From contig CM121342.1 in the NCBI GenBank assembly GCA_051530055.1, forward strand, positions 14,337,480 to 14,401,479: a stretch of DNA of 64,000 nt, read 5' to 3'. The notes beneath the pieces were generated by a model. That model was not told the DNA's origin, ran no database searches, and worked only from the letters and a program-made list of their open reading frames with translations. The position numbers and the translations under genes are program-made. Shown in pieces: positions 15,301-28,060 of the stretch (the stretch's first letter is position 1; every line of letters begins with the position of its first letter). Source of the stretch: Neoechinorhynchus agilis. Lineage: Eukaryota; Animalia; Acanthocephala.

Positions 15301-15965
15301 AGAATATAACACATGGATATCGTTGTTATCTTTTAATTTAAATTCGAATCTAAGGTGTGAGAATGCACGCTGGTAATCTGTGACAGCGCATTGCTATATT
15401 TTAGAAAAGGAGAATATAACACATGGATATCGTTGTTATCTTTTAATTTAAATTCGAATCTAAGGTGTGAGAATGCACGCTGGTAATCTGTGACAGCGCG
15501 TTGGTTTATTTGAGAAAGGAGAATATAACACATGGACATCTTCGTGATCTTTTAATTTAAATTCGAATCTAAGGTGTGAGAATGCACGCTCGTAATCCGT
15601 GAGAGCGCATTGCTATATTTTAGAAAGGAGAATATAACACATGGATATCGTTGTTATCTTTTAATTCAAATTCGAATCTAAGGTGTGAGAATGCACGCTG
15701 TTGAATCTGTGACAGCGCATTGCTTTATTTTAGAAAGGAGAATATAACACATGGATATCGTTGTTATCTTTTAATTTAAATTCGAATCTAAGGTGTGAGA
15801 ATGCACGCTGGTAATCTGTGACAGCGCATTGCTTTATTTTATTTATTTTAGAACGGAGAATATAACACCTCGACATCTTTGTTATCCTTTATTTTAAATT
15901 CGTATCTGAAATTTGAAAACGTGTGCAGGTAATCAATGATAGCGCATTGCTCTATTTTAGAAAGA
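3340..15965. repeat. Tandem satellite array, 109-bp monomer, roughly 115 copies
   Basis: Monomer AAATTCGAATCTAAGGTGTGAGAATGCACGCTGGTAATCTGTGACAGCGCATTGCTATATTTTAGAAAGGAGAATATAACACATGGACATCTTCGTGATCTTTTAATTT (109 nt; period checked at 5321 to 5430). Degenerate monomers at both edges (3340-3500, 15840-15965). The minus-strand 60-120 aa ORFs here are artefacts of the repeat. Confidence 0.97.
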
Positions 15966-15989
15966 AATTTAATTTTTTATTGAAGAAAC

Positions 15990-18920
15990 TATTCATATTA
16001 ACACAAAATAAAACTATTTTACATATATGGTATGCCTTGCCGTCCTCGTCCTCAATTGTCCCCCTAACGCTTGCAGTGTTGCCTCTCAACACGGCGATGC
16101 TGATATTTTGAATTGCATCACCGGTTGTAACCTGATGGGCGTAGGATCAGATGCCTCAGGAGTTGAAGAGCCTCGTTACCAAGAGATCCGTAGATATCAA
16201 CCCCAAAAGGCACGAGCACATGGGCCCGGGCTAAATCCAGGAATTTCGCAGTTTTCCGTCCTTCCGCAGCGCTCGTTGCACCTCCACCTTGATTCACCGG
16301 GAACTTGAGATTGGTGTCCGCGAGTGTATCGACACAAGCGGCGTCCCAGAGGAGGCATTTACCCTCCGGAAATGCGGTAACCCCATCAGGTCTACGCCCG
16401 TCGTCCCTACAGAGATTGGCAGGTTCCAAAATATTGGGGGCGTGTACCGTAACAAGTGCCCGGCTCAGCACCATGTCAATTTCGGTATGTCTTGCGAATC
16501 TGCCGGCAGATTTTCTACAGATGAGACCATGACGTCCCGACGAATCCACATTTGCACTGCAGCGGCAACGGTGTGGATGACACATCGGTAGTGCTATTCT
16601 CATTGAAAATTCTACCCGTACTGCCTCGTCGAAGAGGAGAGTACCCACAGATGCCAGCGGGACTACGTTCAACCTAGCACCTGATTCTATGTCAATTTCG
16701 GCATGTCTTGCGAATCTGTTGGCTGATTTTCTACAGATGAGACCATGAAGTCCCGACGAATCCACATTTGCACCGCAGCGGCAACGGTGGGGATGACACA
16801 TCGGTAGTCCTAGTCTTATTGAAACTCCGAGCCGTACTGCCTCGTCGGCGAGGAGAGTACCCACGGATGCCAGCGGGACCGCGTTCAACCTAGCACCTGA
16901 TTCTATGTCAATTTCGGCATGTCTTGCGAATCTGTTGGCTGATTTTCTACAGATGAGACCATGAAGTCCCGACGAATCCACATTTGCACCGCAGCGGCAA
17001 CGGTGGGGATGACACATCGGTAGTCCTAGTCTGATTGAAACTCCGAGCCGTACTGCCTCGTCGGCGAGGAGAGTACCCACGGATGCCAGCGGGACCGCGT
17101 TCAACCAAGTACTTGATTCTCTAGTGGAGACTGCCAACAACCTGGCACGGACAACGTCGTCGCTTGAGTCTGATAAGAGAGAGCTTTGAGCGCTTGCGAC
17201 GAGAGGTCGATCCCACACAGATTGTGTTTGGCCATTTCGCATGTACTTGATCGGAGTCGGTCAGTGTACATCACTCACTGATTCCCTCTTCAAAATAACT
17301 ATCAATACGACAAGTAGATTTCAAAATGCGCTGAACTGCGCTTCTGCTTCCCTCGTGGAAGCTAAAAATGCGGGCATGGATATGTCTGCTGTTTTCCGGA
17401 TGCCCAACCCGCCAGAAGATACAGGCAAGGATGCCTGTCACCATGCCTCTTCTAACAGCTGGACATTTAAAACTTGCTCGAGACAGTCCTAAGCTGAACC
17501 TTGTGCTTGAAAAACGGCGCAGTACGTAAAGCATAAAGGAACTTGGGATAAACAGGGTGTTCTCTATCAAGAACAGAGCCTCGCGTGATTTAAGCTCACA
17601 GACTATATCGCAAAGCACCGATAACTTCTTTAGAGGGCTGTTAATTTCGTTTTCTACATTCCCATCAAAGACGCAGCTGCCCAAAAACTTAAGCCGGTCT
17701 AGATCGATCATTTTTATTCTGGGTGCAACATTTTCTAAGTCGCGCTTTATTACGTCTTTTGCAGGGCCCCTCTCTATGTTACGGAATAGAATTTCGCACT
17801 TTTCTGTATTCAATTCAATGTCCAGCTTGCTTGTCCCCATCTTGATTTTCTACAGGTCACGAACTACGTGAATATCGCCTCTTAGCGTAGCATCGTCCAG
17901 GTACCAGGCATTGAATTCCGCATCAAGAGAGTGCGCTAATTCGTTCACTGTGAGCGCGAAGCCAATGGGATCTAATGGGACTCCCTGTTGAACGCCTCTT
18001 TCGGAAGGAATGGTGTGATCGTTGAATACAAGAGGGGTCGCAGCTCCGTACGAATTTCTAAAATACCCGTAAGCCTCCGGTGCGTGATCTCTGACAGCTT
18101 TTAAGAGCAAGTTGCGATTAGCGGAAATGAAGGCGTTCCGAAAATCTAATTTCAAGATCACGCACGGTTTGACGTTCTCAATAACAAATGTACGGAGTGC
18201 GTTGACTATGGCTTCCGCCCCACAAGGTGTGTAGCAACCCAGTTGAACTGGACGAAGAATTTCAGCAATACCTTGTGATACTCGCCTAGATATCACTTTC
18301 TCTGCTAGTCGTCTCAATGTAGAGCCGATCGCGATGGGACGAAACCCACCGTCCTTCTTTTCTAAAGCGCAGACGGAACCGCCAAAAAACAATTCGATCG
18401 CTTTGTGGGACAGGTTGTCTCCAGAGAAAACGCCGACTAACCGAGTCAAGGCGTTCAGGAAAACATTGGATGGATCACCTACGGAGATGGACATCATGTC
18501 CTGTAGGTGCCGAGGCCGAAGCCCGTCGAGCCCATGTGCTGACCCATTTGCGAACGAAGAAACGGCTGTCTTAACAACATCACCCGAAAATTCTAACGGG
18601 TGCACGAGGGGATCATCTCCGAATATTGTTTCTCGAGAGTTTTCGTATCAACTCTTGCGAATTCGCTGGTGGATGATAGAATGCGAACCGCGCCTTTCAC
18701 ATCACCATCGGCGAGTTTAGAAGATACTATCTGGGTCATTGAACAAGTTGAAATTCGGCTCGGATTCGGTGGCATTGAAAAATCTCCCCTAAAAACGCGA
18801 GCTTTGTGTAGGACCTCTCCAAACGAATTTTCGAAGGAGGATACCCGGTTTTTGGTGAGGGTAACAAGCGACTCGTCGGATGGTACTCCAGCACAGTCCG
18901 GCGAGACAGACGAAATATTA
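15990..18920 (-). mobile_element. CRE-clade non-LTR retrotransposon (RT + CCHC knuckle + restriction-like endonuclease), 5'-truncated and frameshifted
   Basis: Motifs in order: KLADGDVKGAVRIL; GFRPIAIGSTLRRL; QLG..GAEAIV; LKLDFRNAF; GVQQGVPL; WYLDD; KFLGS; knuckle CRCGANVDSSGLHGLIC; RLE RRPDG..GKCLLWDAACVDTLA; VPFGVDIYG; C-terminal ISIAVLRGNTASVRGT in a shifted frame (~16040-16110). These match CRE/SLACS-type elements as I recall them. Confidence 0.85.
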
Positions 18921-19499
18921 AATTAATAAAATTAATCTCTATTTTCTCAATCACCAAGCAAATTATAGAAAAAATCTAGAGAAGATTGTGGTCAGCTAAG
19001 ATAACAAACTAGCTGGGATAACAAGAGGAAGAGTAATAGAGATTAAGACAGGAAATGGTAAAAGCTGGGATCAATTGCTGTTGGATAAACAAAAACTATC
19101 CATGGCTTGTCATTAAATGAAGATGGAACCTGGAGTTAATACGAAATGATAAGAAAATTGTATTGATGAGCATATAGTACAATACTATGAAAATTGCAAG
19201 AAATGCTATTTTAAATAAATAAAAATGAATATGATCAATATGAGCGTTTCCCATTTGATGTTTGACGTACATTGTGTTCTGCAAAATTCGTTGATGTTCA
19301 AGTTACAAACATTCAGTTTTGCTAATTAATATACTTGTTCTCCTTATAGGAACATGAAACTATACGCTTTGAATTCGCACGCACGGAGAGCCGATATACA
19401 GAATTCCCACGTTATTGGACCCTAATCTAATTTTTTATGAATATTACTCTCTTTTTAAAATTAGTTGACAAAGTCTTTTAATTTATGAGTAATATTTCT

Positions 19500-19965
19500 T
19501 AGATAAAGCAAAACAAAGAAGCTTACTTGGAATTAATCAAAAAATCATATCTTTGTTATTAAACTTTGGGATACGATTTCTCCCGAAATAAATTTAAAAT
19601 TGCAAAAAGTTTCAATGTCGAAGCCACACTATGTTCAATTGCTATGGCGAATGCTCTTATAAAATTCGTCCCATTAATCTGCCGCAAAAGTAAATCAAAG
19701 AAGTATACTTGGAATTAATCAAAAATCATAACTTTGTTATTAAACTTTGGGATTTAATTTTTCTTAGGATAAATTAAGAATTGCCAGAAGTTTCAAAGTC
19801 GAAGCCAACTCATATTTAAATGCAATGGCAAATACTCTTATAACATTCGTTACGTGAACTTGGCAAATAAGTTAATCAAAGGCGATTACATGGAATTAAG
19901 GAAAAAACTATCCTAAAATAAATTTAGAATTGCAAAAAGTTTCAAAGTCGAAGCCAATTCACCAG
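19500..19965. repeat. Diverged short tandem repeat, ~181-bp unit, about 2.5 copies
   Basis: TAC(T/A)TGGAATTAA recurs at ~19525, ~19707 and ~19888. TTGC.A.AAGTTTCAA.GTCGAAGCCA recurs three times. Confidence 0.7.
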
Positions 19966-20023
19966 TTAACGTACCGCACGAACACCCGCTCGCGTTTATT
20001 TAGACTCAAATTTTAAATTAGTT

Positions 20024-20480
20024 TTAATCAAGATATTCGTCTTCTATACCATGGCGACGCAATTTGACAAATATAACAGCAAATAATGGTGAGAAAAAAA
20101 TAAGCCCACACGAAATTATTATTACAATTACCATGAAATGCAACCCTTTATGTTCACCATCTTCCTCGACTACTTCACCGTCGTTCCCATCAATATATAT
20201 TACCTTTGTTTTGTTCAGTTCCTCTTCTTCTTCCTCCTCCTCGATTTCTACATTAGACAATTTGATTGACATATCACCGTCTAGAATAGATTTTTTAGAA
20301 GGAATTAATGGCACACAGTTGCCCGATAATGCACACATGGAATCGTTTGGGCAGGGCCTTTTCTCTGAACATCTTTGGATACGATTGTCGCAGTTCAAGG
20401 AATATTTGAATGTAATGTCGCAGAATCGATAAATGCACCGCATATCTGGATAACAATCCAAGTCCGCGGTGCAGCTACTA
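20024..20480 (-). CDS. Small single-pass membrane protein with two Cys-rich modules (last exon; 5' exons unresolved)
   Basis: After a TTTAATAG acceptor the frame reads SCTADLDCYPDMRCIYRFC...CSEKRPCPNDSMCALSGNC, followed by a poly-Glu linker, a TM segment FMVIVIIISCGLIFFSPLFAVIFV and a basic stop-transfer KLRRH. Confidence 0.6.
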
Positions 20481-21162
20481 TTAAATAAAACAATCGAATA
20501 AAACCAGTTGGCTTTCCGCTCCTTAACGTTTTACTTAATCCGGTCGAAATCAGCAGTGCTCTCTTATGATATTCTAAATCGTATCCCGTTCAACAAACTA
20601 AACTAATCGAGTAATGCTAGCGGATTTTACTTCGGAACACGCTAATTGAATGGACATAACGTAACTAATTATTAATTATGTGAAGGGTTTCATAATCGTA
20701 TTTCTACTGGAAATCATTTGGTACATATTAAAATAAATCATATAGAGAAAATCCTCCGGGGTCATAAAGTTAGAATTGTGGTGAATATATTTCCGGTTAA
20801 ACGGTATTTTATTCATAACAAATATCTCTTAACCGCGAGTATCTTCACCACAATTTTTATATTAAAATAAAAATTATTTATATTTGTGCAAAGAATCAAC
20901 TGGAATTTAAGGTGCAGTGATCAATATTACCTATTTAAAATTGCGTATTATTACCAATCGTTCAATGACTGATCTGAATAACATTTCAAAAAGAACGATT
21001 GCTAGATAAAAACAACTGCAGTTACACTTTCGGTTTGCGAATTTATTTAACAATCTTTCTGGATATTTTAAAGAATATCTATGCTTAAAGATTAAAGCGG
21101 TTATCGCTTCCTTCGCTTAAAGACTGTGGAGCAGTGTTTTGAAAAGTGATTAATTTCTCAGG

Positions 21163-22130
21163 CTAATGCTTCTCGTCTTCTTTTTCGTATTTGATTGCTT
21201 TACTAAAATCTCCGCGACAAATCGGTGGATATCGGGAATAGACAACCTGTTGTTTTCCGCATTGGCAAATGTGTTCGACACAAGGAACTTTTCCTGGACA
21301 CTCATAACTCGCATGGCATTTGTCTCCAAAATTTTTCCAGTGGCAAAGCGGAGAGAGCCATCCACGATCACTTTCAATAAGACTGTAATAGAATTGATGT
21401 ATTAAATCATTGAACATTAAATACTGAAACTGATTTGATTCTTCACCAAGATTAATTTCTCGCTGGTACCTCACGGTGGTTACGTACCGGCTGCTTCCAA
21501 TAACGTGACTAAATCTCGATTCGTCGCTACCGAAAATCACAAGGTTAATAAAGTAAATGTTAGCTAGGTCTTTGAGCTGAGATAGATTGTCAGTCGATAA
21601 CGACAAATCAGCCTCGTCGATCATGTTATGACTGATTATCAATACTCGGCTATTTGCACGGTATCGATATTTGTTCCAACGGGCACCCGGCAAGAAGGGC
21701 AAGTCCGAAATTATTAGCATTTTTATCAGATCAAACAATTTATCCAACGGTTTTACATGTGCCATATTATCAATTGAGGAGGATTGGCTGCTTGAAGAAT
21801 GATTAAGAAGTGCTTCTACGTTTTTATTTATATTTTCGAATTGATTGAAACCAAATATAATACTCGGTTGATGTGAAAAACCCAGGAGAGCGATTCGAGC
21901 TTTGGGCCGTGCACATACTATCAAGTTAATAATTTCCTCAGCTGCTTTTTTTGTATGACTTTCAAATAAATATTGATGCGTCAATTTGGCGTCAATTATA
22001 ACGAGAATAAAACGCGGCGGTTTATTTTTGTTAAAAAATTCGCATTTTTGGGATGCGACAAAGTTAACAAATCGGTTAATTGGATACCTCGTGCAATGTG
22101 TGCTTTGATTATCCAAAAGGCTATCGAAGA
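21163..22130 (-). CDS. VWA-like domain protein with C-terminal EB-like Cys module (5' exons unresolved)
   Basis: 317-aa open frame with VWA-type strand/helix pattern (RFILVIID, ARIALLGFS, RVLIIISH, NLVIFG) and C-terminal CHASYECPGKVPCVEHICQCG...PPIC. Domain assignment is by eye. Confidence 0.6.
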
Positions 22131-23165
22131 GATAATCGAAGTCTTAGCGAATATCCAGTAATTGGAAGTAAGATACATATCAACAAGAAGCCTGCAGTCA
22201 TATTCCAAAGTACACAAAATTTCGCCCGTTAGTTCAGTACGGAGTATCCATGGCAACGGCTAAAACGTTTAGCGAATCTTGACATCATTGTTTGAAGAAT
22301 AAATTTCGTAGACAATGTTTTCCAATGATCAATGGTAAACTCGACACAATCATTTCATCTAATATTTCATGCTACTTAATAGAATGTGAGTACGAGCGAT
22401 TGTACGGGTCATCGCAAGGATTTGTGAAATTCATCAGTCGAGTTATTCGTAAGAAACGCAACAAAAGTTATTGCGCTTTGATTGCATTCTCAATTTTTAA
22501 GGCGTCTTAGCGTTAACTGTTTCTTGAGCCAAAAGGACGCGATCATGGCGAGGAACACCATTACTTTTAACACAAATGAAAGTCTGTTGACTAACCTGAG
22601 TAATGACGATTAAGTTACTTGATATCATTTCCAATGAGATGATGTTTTTTATAACATGCAAAAAAGTAAAGCCCTCAATTGGTTTTGCCTACACGTTTGA
22701 TAAAAGTGGAATCTTTGACATCCGTGTACCGTTAATCGTGCGCAAATGTCGAACATTAAAATCCGATAATTTTAGATTGCAGATATAAGTACTCATGGAA
22801 AGTTCTACCAAGAACAAAAACTCGAAAACTGAATTTACATCGATATAAAAAGTGAGACACTACGGAAATAGCACGATGAATCTAACTTAATTCGTCCACT
22901 AAGAAAAACGGGAAAAAGTTCATGTTGTGTAGTGTACGATTAAACGGCCGGGATAGCGGAGCAATATTTTAGAGAAAAAACTACTTTAATGATTTCATGA
23001 CCTTAACATCAACTATTTTAGATTATTGGTGAGCGTTGTGGTTCTACAATTATTCGGAATTTCAATAGAATCGATCACTGAACATCTCCAGGCTTAATTA
23101 TGATAACAAAACTTCCTAACCAGGACAATACTCACTCAAATAATTTAATAGAATAAACGAGTTCA

Positions 23166-25171
23166 TCAATACCTTTTAAAAACGTACATATGAGCCAACG
23201 TTGTAAGACTAGCACCTCGTGCTACATCCGTCCCTGGAAGCGGCATGGCGGCCGAAGCAATATCCAAATGGCAATAAGGAAGCGGTATTTTTTCACTATT
23301 CACTCCATGCTATGGGTCTATTGTGAAGCTATTGATTATTTACTTGCTAGGTCATTACCTTATCAAGCCCTGAAGCTCGGATTAAAAATGCAGCAGGAAA
23401 GATGTGACCTCTAGGTGTTCTACTCGACGGTAAAGTGTTGCTCTGATTAATATCCGCTTTATCTCCTGTGTATTTAATAAATTCAAAGTCTTCTCGTCGC
23501 AAGAAGGACTGCTCAATCGGATCGCCGATGTCAAACCCAATAGCTTTCAGTTTTGAGCCAATACCGTATTTCAGCGCCGGTTTGTTTTCGACAATCGCCT
23601 AAGTTAAGTGTATGAGATTGAACGACAAAGGCGCTTAGTTGATCTGGACTAACCGAATAGGAGGTTCCATAGGTGAGTCCAACATGACCAGTAAGAGTTG
23701 CGATGGTGTACAGAACTGGATTGTGTTCCTTTAAAGCCTGGCGAAAAAGTGGAAGGCGAGGTTAGCGATTCTTTGAAAAGTAATACTAACGAGCTCTTTT
23801 GCATAGCAAAGAACATCAGCCATAGCCATTCGACCTTCAGCGTCAGTGTTTCCAATCGCTACGACTGTTCCGCTTCTTGAAGTGATGATTTCATCCGGAA
23901 CATAAGCTTCTTCGCCAATATTGTTTCTTGCCATGGCCATTAATCCGACGACCTTCACGTAAGATGGTCTAACCTCCGATAAGATCTAAATTGAAAATGA
24001 TCTTTCCAATGCCAATGATTCTCGATGATGTTAACTTGAAAAAACCCTGCTACAGCTCCAGCCCCGCACTTATCAAAAGACATGAACCGACTTCCTCCGT
24101 TAATTTTAACATCGATTCCGCCGGTATCAAAAGTAATGCCTTTTCCGACGAGAAATACGGCTTCCCTGGGTTCAGTGCCCGTGTAAGTGAGTTCGAGTAT
24201 ACATCCTCGATGGCGCTCCACTTTCCGTGATCCACGGTCGACCGCACTGAATAAGGGAAAACCTTTTTCCAATTCAGCCTGGTCATCTATCACTCTGACT
24301 TTAACAACGTCGGATCCTTTGAATAGCTGCTGCACATAGTCGCGGACAAGTGGAGGGGTCATAACCTCTGGCGAGCCACCACCAATATCCTTCATGACGA
24401 TCCTTTTTATGATTTCAGGTCAATTATTCACAAATGCGGGACTCACTTTCCCCTGTTGATAATGTCGGCGCGAACAATGTCATCCCGGGCCGTGAGAAGA
24501 GATCCCATGCAATCGATCTTGTGTTTGTGACTTTCATGTCCATTTCTACGCTCAATGGGGACATAAGTAGCCTCAAGAGCTCCGGAAGCTGCGGCGAAAT
24601 AAGCCTTTCGAAAGACTGAAGGTTCGCAGAGGAAAAATGGCCTCTTGGAGCCACTACCAATCAGCCTCTGCATTCCTTTAAATCCCGCATTATAGAACTT
24701 TCTAACGTCGTCGTAATCATCTTCCAAACTTCCGGTTGGAGAAAATACCTTTAGTTGGAAAAGCAGATGCTTTTTTACGACGCCGCATTTGTGAATACCT
24801 ACGATTCTCTTAATTTTAGCACTTGAATCCACAATGAGCGTTGGTTCCGAATGGAACTTTTTGTCTACCTAAAGGAAAAACTTAAAATCCCTTATGAGAA
24901 GTTTCGCGTCTTACAGATTCATGAATCTTTAGACTTTGAAAAATCGATCCTAATGTTTCGAACTTTTCAAGGTCATTTCCTACCAGTAATAGACTGTCAT
25001 ATCCAGTTGTATTCCAAGTGTCCGAAAATTTGCAGATATTACTAAAATGGTTTTTGTTTATTATTTTTGTAAACTCAAGTACAATTGCTTCTAACAAACT
25101 CACTTCCTAAAGATGACAATATTTAAGCCTCCGATTTCAGACACTGGGTTTCTATTTTTCTTGGTTGCCAT
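23166..25171 (-). CDS. M17 cytosol/leucyl aminopeptidase (W07G4.4/lap-like subfamily), multi-exon
   Basis: Metal-binding motifs VGKGITFDTGG, MSFDKCGA and GNTDAEGRMAMAD; C-terminal PYCHLDIA. ATG at 25169-25171 (MATKKNRNP), TGA at 23166-23168; GT-AG introns. Confidence 0.92.
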
Positions 25172-25447
25172 GGACGATGAATATGCTAATGAAGGTGGAA
25201 AGGATGGGCCCGTGATGTTTCTTTTTTATTTCTCCTGGCAGGCATTCTTTTAAAAAAAGTAAAATTCTAACAATTGCTCCTTTCTACATTTACAGTCGTT
25301 GTAGAAGTCACTTCGATTGTCTACTGAACTTCTCCCCTTCTGTGATTCGTTATACCCACAACGAACGTTTATTTAGACCAATATAGCTGATGTGTACGAA
25401 AAGTTTAACGCTCTGTCTCTTACACACAACTAATAAATCTCCGAAAT

Positions 25448-26005
25448 CTAAATGATAATCGGCTGCGGAACACCGGTTGGGAATGCAGCTAATGCAATTG
25501 GATCAACGGGAGATGCCAGAATAGTGGTAGTCGGTGCGCCGAATCTGTATTGTGTTGATGCAAGTGGATCAAATCCTGGACGAAGTCTCGACATAAACCT
25601 CGAAAGTGGACCAAGTGTGTCCTGGTTCTGAGTCTTTAGATATGATATTATGGTCGTCTTGACCGGCTGCGGCAGTGCAGCAGTTGAAATCAAAGGCCCG
25701 GTAAATGGGTCAGCAATAGTCGAAACCAACGGAATTGAACTGTATGATTGTGGCGTTGGAATTGAAGGTATCTGAGTGATGGCGTTCAGAAGCGACAAAG
25801 GAACGTATGATGGTAGATCCAAAGGTGACGATTGCGGAACCATTGAAAATACCGATGGTTGACCGACGGTTAAACTTGGAGGAATGCTAATGAGAAGACC
25901 TTTGGTGGCATTTGCCTTTTCCTCCGATGTACCATTTGTAGTAGGTAGACATCGAATACTCGAGAGTCCGATCAAAGTAGCAAATAAAGTGACTGTTGAT
26001 TTCAT
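25448..26005 (-). CDS. Secreted Ser/Thr/Pro-rich low-complexity orphan protein, single exon
   Basis: From ATG at 26003-26005: MKSTVTLFATLIGLSSIRC (signal-peptide-like), N-glycosylation sequons NGT and NAT, then a P/S/T-rich body; 185 aa. Confidence 0.6.
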   Translation of the reverse strand: MKSTVTLFATLIGLSSIRCLPTTNGTSEEKANATKGLLISIPPSLTVGQPSVFSMVPQSSPLDLPSYVPLSLLNAITQIPSIPTPQSYSSIPLVSTIADPFTGPLISTAALPQPVKTTIISYLKTQNQDTLGPLSRFMSRLRPGFDPLASTQYRFGAPTTTILASPVDPIALAAFPTGVPQPIII

Positions 26006-26699
26006 CGCTACTCGAATCCAAAAATGTCGAATTAATAAACTAACACACACAAATTTTACCACCCGCTTTAAACTATAATCATTGATTTTTTAACATGTTT
26101 AACAAAAACCCATTATCGATTTTTCGCAAATGGAAAATTAAACACACGAACCTGAAATTTTTTCGATGAAGTAAAATTGAAGAATAATGACGGACAGGTT
26201 CCGCACTTTTCTTTGATATCGTGCTGTAAATGGCTAATAGAAACCTCCTTAGCAGCATTTATAGACTTGGCAGCCGTGACCGTATTCACACAACTAGATC
26301 ACTTCTCGGATGTTATTTTCGCATACAACTTATGACTCAGGTATGCGAAACCTGTACGGCAGTTCGCATTAACTTATTAGCGAAAAATCGTTTTGCCTTA
26401 AGAATAACAAGAGGGACCAAAACATGTCGAAATCCCAAGCTTTTTTTGATTTTCTCATAAAGCGATAAATCACGGGAGATTAACTAGTGAGATTGCTTTT
26501 ATGTTCAAATTTGGGATTATTGTCGGTTTGTATTTTTACTAATGCCCGAAAAATAACGAGATTGCACACTTTGAGCAGTAGCCAAAGTAGAAGTTACTTG
26601 TAGATTTTCACGATTTTGGTAAGCATTCATATTGGTTATGTAAAAACACGTTTTATTTATGGAAAAATACAGGATCCACACACTTGTCAGCATCTATCT

Positions 26700-28060
26700 T
26701 TGCTAAACGGTGTATGGATGACGGATGTTGAAGGCAAGGGAGGTGAGACTGGTTTTTGAAGGGGTGTTGATGTGGGATCGGAGGCTTTGTAAATGAGAAT
26801 GGTTGCTCGGTGATGACAGATTAGAGGTCTTTCCTTGTTCCCCGTTTATTAAGGAAAGATTGGGCTTGGGGGAAGAAAGATTTTTGGTAGAGGGTGGCAC
26901 CAGCGAGGGGGGATGAAAAAGGTTGCGGTTACGGGTGTTTACGAAAGAAAATTGTGGAGGGGGTTAAAGAAGACGGAGGGCGTATTTGGAGAAAATGGAG
27001 TGGAGGTGGGCGTCGAAGGGAGGGAGTGAAGTCCCGCATATTCTAGCTGCTCTCTTCTGGAAGGTTTCGAGGGAATGGAGAGCATTGGCGGAAAGGGCGA
27101 GGAAATTGGGGTAGGCGTATGTAAGGATAGGAAAAATGGCAAAGATAAAAGTGAGCAAGGTGTTTAATGGATACACCGAGACGCCGGAGGAGTTTGAGAA
27201 GGTAAAGCCGAGGGTTTTCTTTTGAGAGGGTAAATGAAATGTTGGCATCCCATTTAAGGTTTTCTTGGAAAGTCAGGCCCGGTATTCGGAGAGAAGAGGA
27301 GCGTTGGATGGGGAGAGGGGGAGGCGCCGGGATAAGATTGCGTTTGGAAATGTGGGGGACAAGTTCAAAAGATTTGGATAAATTTAGGGAGAGGTTTAGG
27401 GTGGAGAGCGAGGAAATGGGATGGTTGATCTTGGCCATGGTTGTGGAGAGGGAGAGAGGGAGATGCGATGGCAATGACTGTGAGGTCATCTGCATAGAGA
27501 AAATATTTGGTAGTGGGAGTGAGGGGATGAAGGTCATTTAGAAAAATGTCAAAGAGGAGAGGGGAAAGTACGGCGCCTTTGGGGACCGCTTTAAATATGG
27601 GTAGAGGAGAGGAGCAAGAAGTTCCCCATTGAATATAGTGTTCGCGGTTGGAGAGGAAAGAGTAAATCCAAGCGAGTTGCAAAGTTGGGAGGCCAAAGGA
27701 AGCACATTATTGGTGGAGAAGGGAGTGATCTACCGACTCGAACGCCCTGGAAATATCCAGTTGCACGAGACGGACGGTTGATGCTGGACTGGAATCTAAG
27801 CTGCGCACAAGCGTATCGTAGATGCAGAGGAGGGCGTCAGAACAAGAGTAATTGGGACGGAAAGCGAATTAGGAAGGGGAGATGTTTTTGAGGAAGAAGG
27901 GAAGTAGGCGAGAAGCATCTTCCGTTTCTATTAAAATGGTCAATGGGTTAGAGAGAATTTTTGTTATCCATACTGGATGTGGAGTAATATTATTTAAAAA
28001 AATTTCAATTAATTTCAGCAAAGAATCATCCCATAATTGCAGGTGCAAAGGGGATTTCCA
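26700..28060 (-). mobile_element. Decayed L2/CR1-like LINE reverse transcriptase fragment
   Basis: Across frameshifts: WIYSFLSNREHYI; VPKGAVLSPLLFDIFLNDL; YADDLT; LRIPGLTFQENLKWDANI; RLYLLKLLRR; LETFQKRAARIC. Confidence 0.85.

Noticed and set aside
3500-15900. Compensatory changes in the satellite hairpin (AACGCG upstream, CGCGTT downstream)
   Set aside because: The two variants occur in different monomers in the cases I checked, so there is no covariation.
3340-15965. CRISPR-like array or repeated small protein genes (many 60-120 aa ORFs)
   Set aside because: Contiguous 109-bp monomers with no unique spacers and no cas genes; the ORFs simply track the repeat.
18960-19300. Third L2/CR1-like RT remnant (NIKWE motif, minus strand)
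   Set aside because: Only one short motif; too decayed to support.
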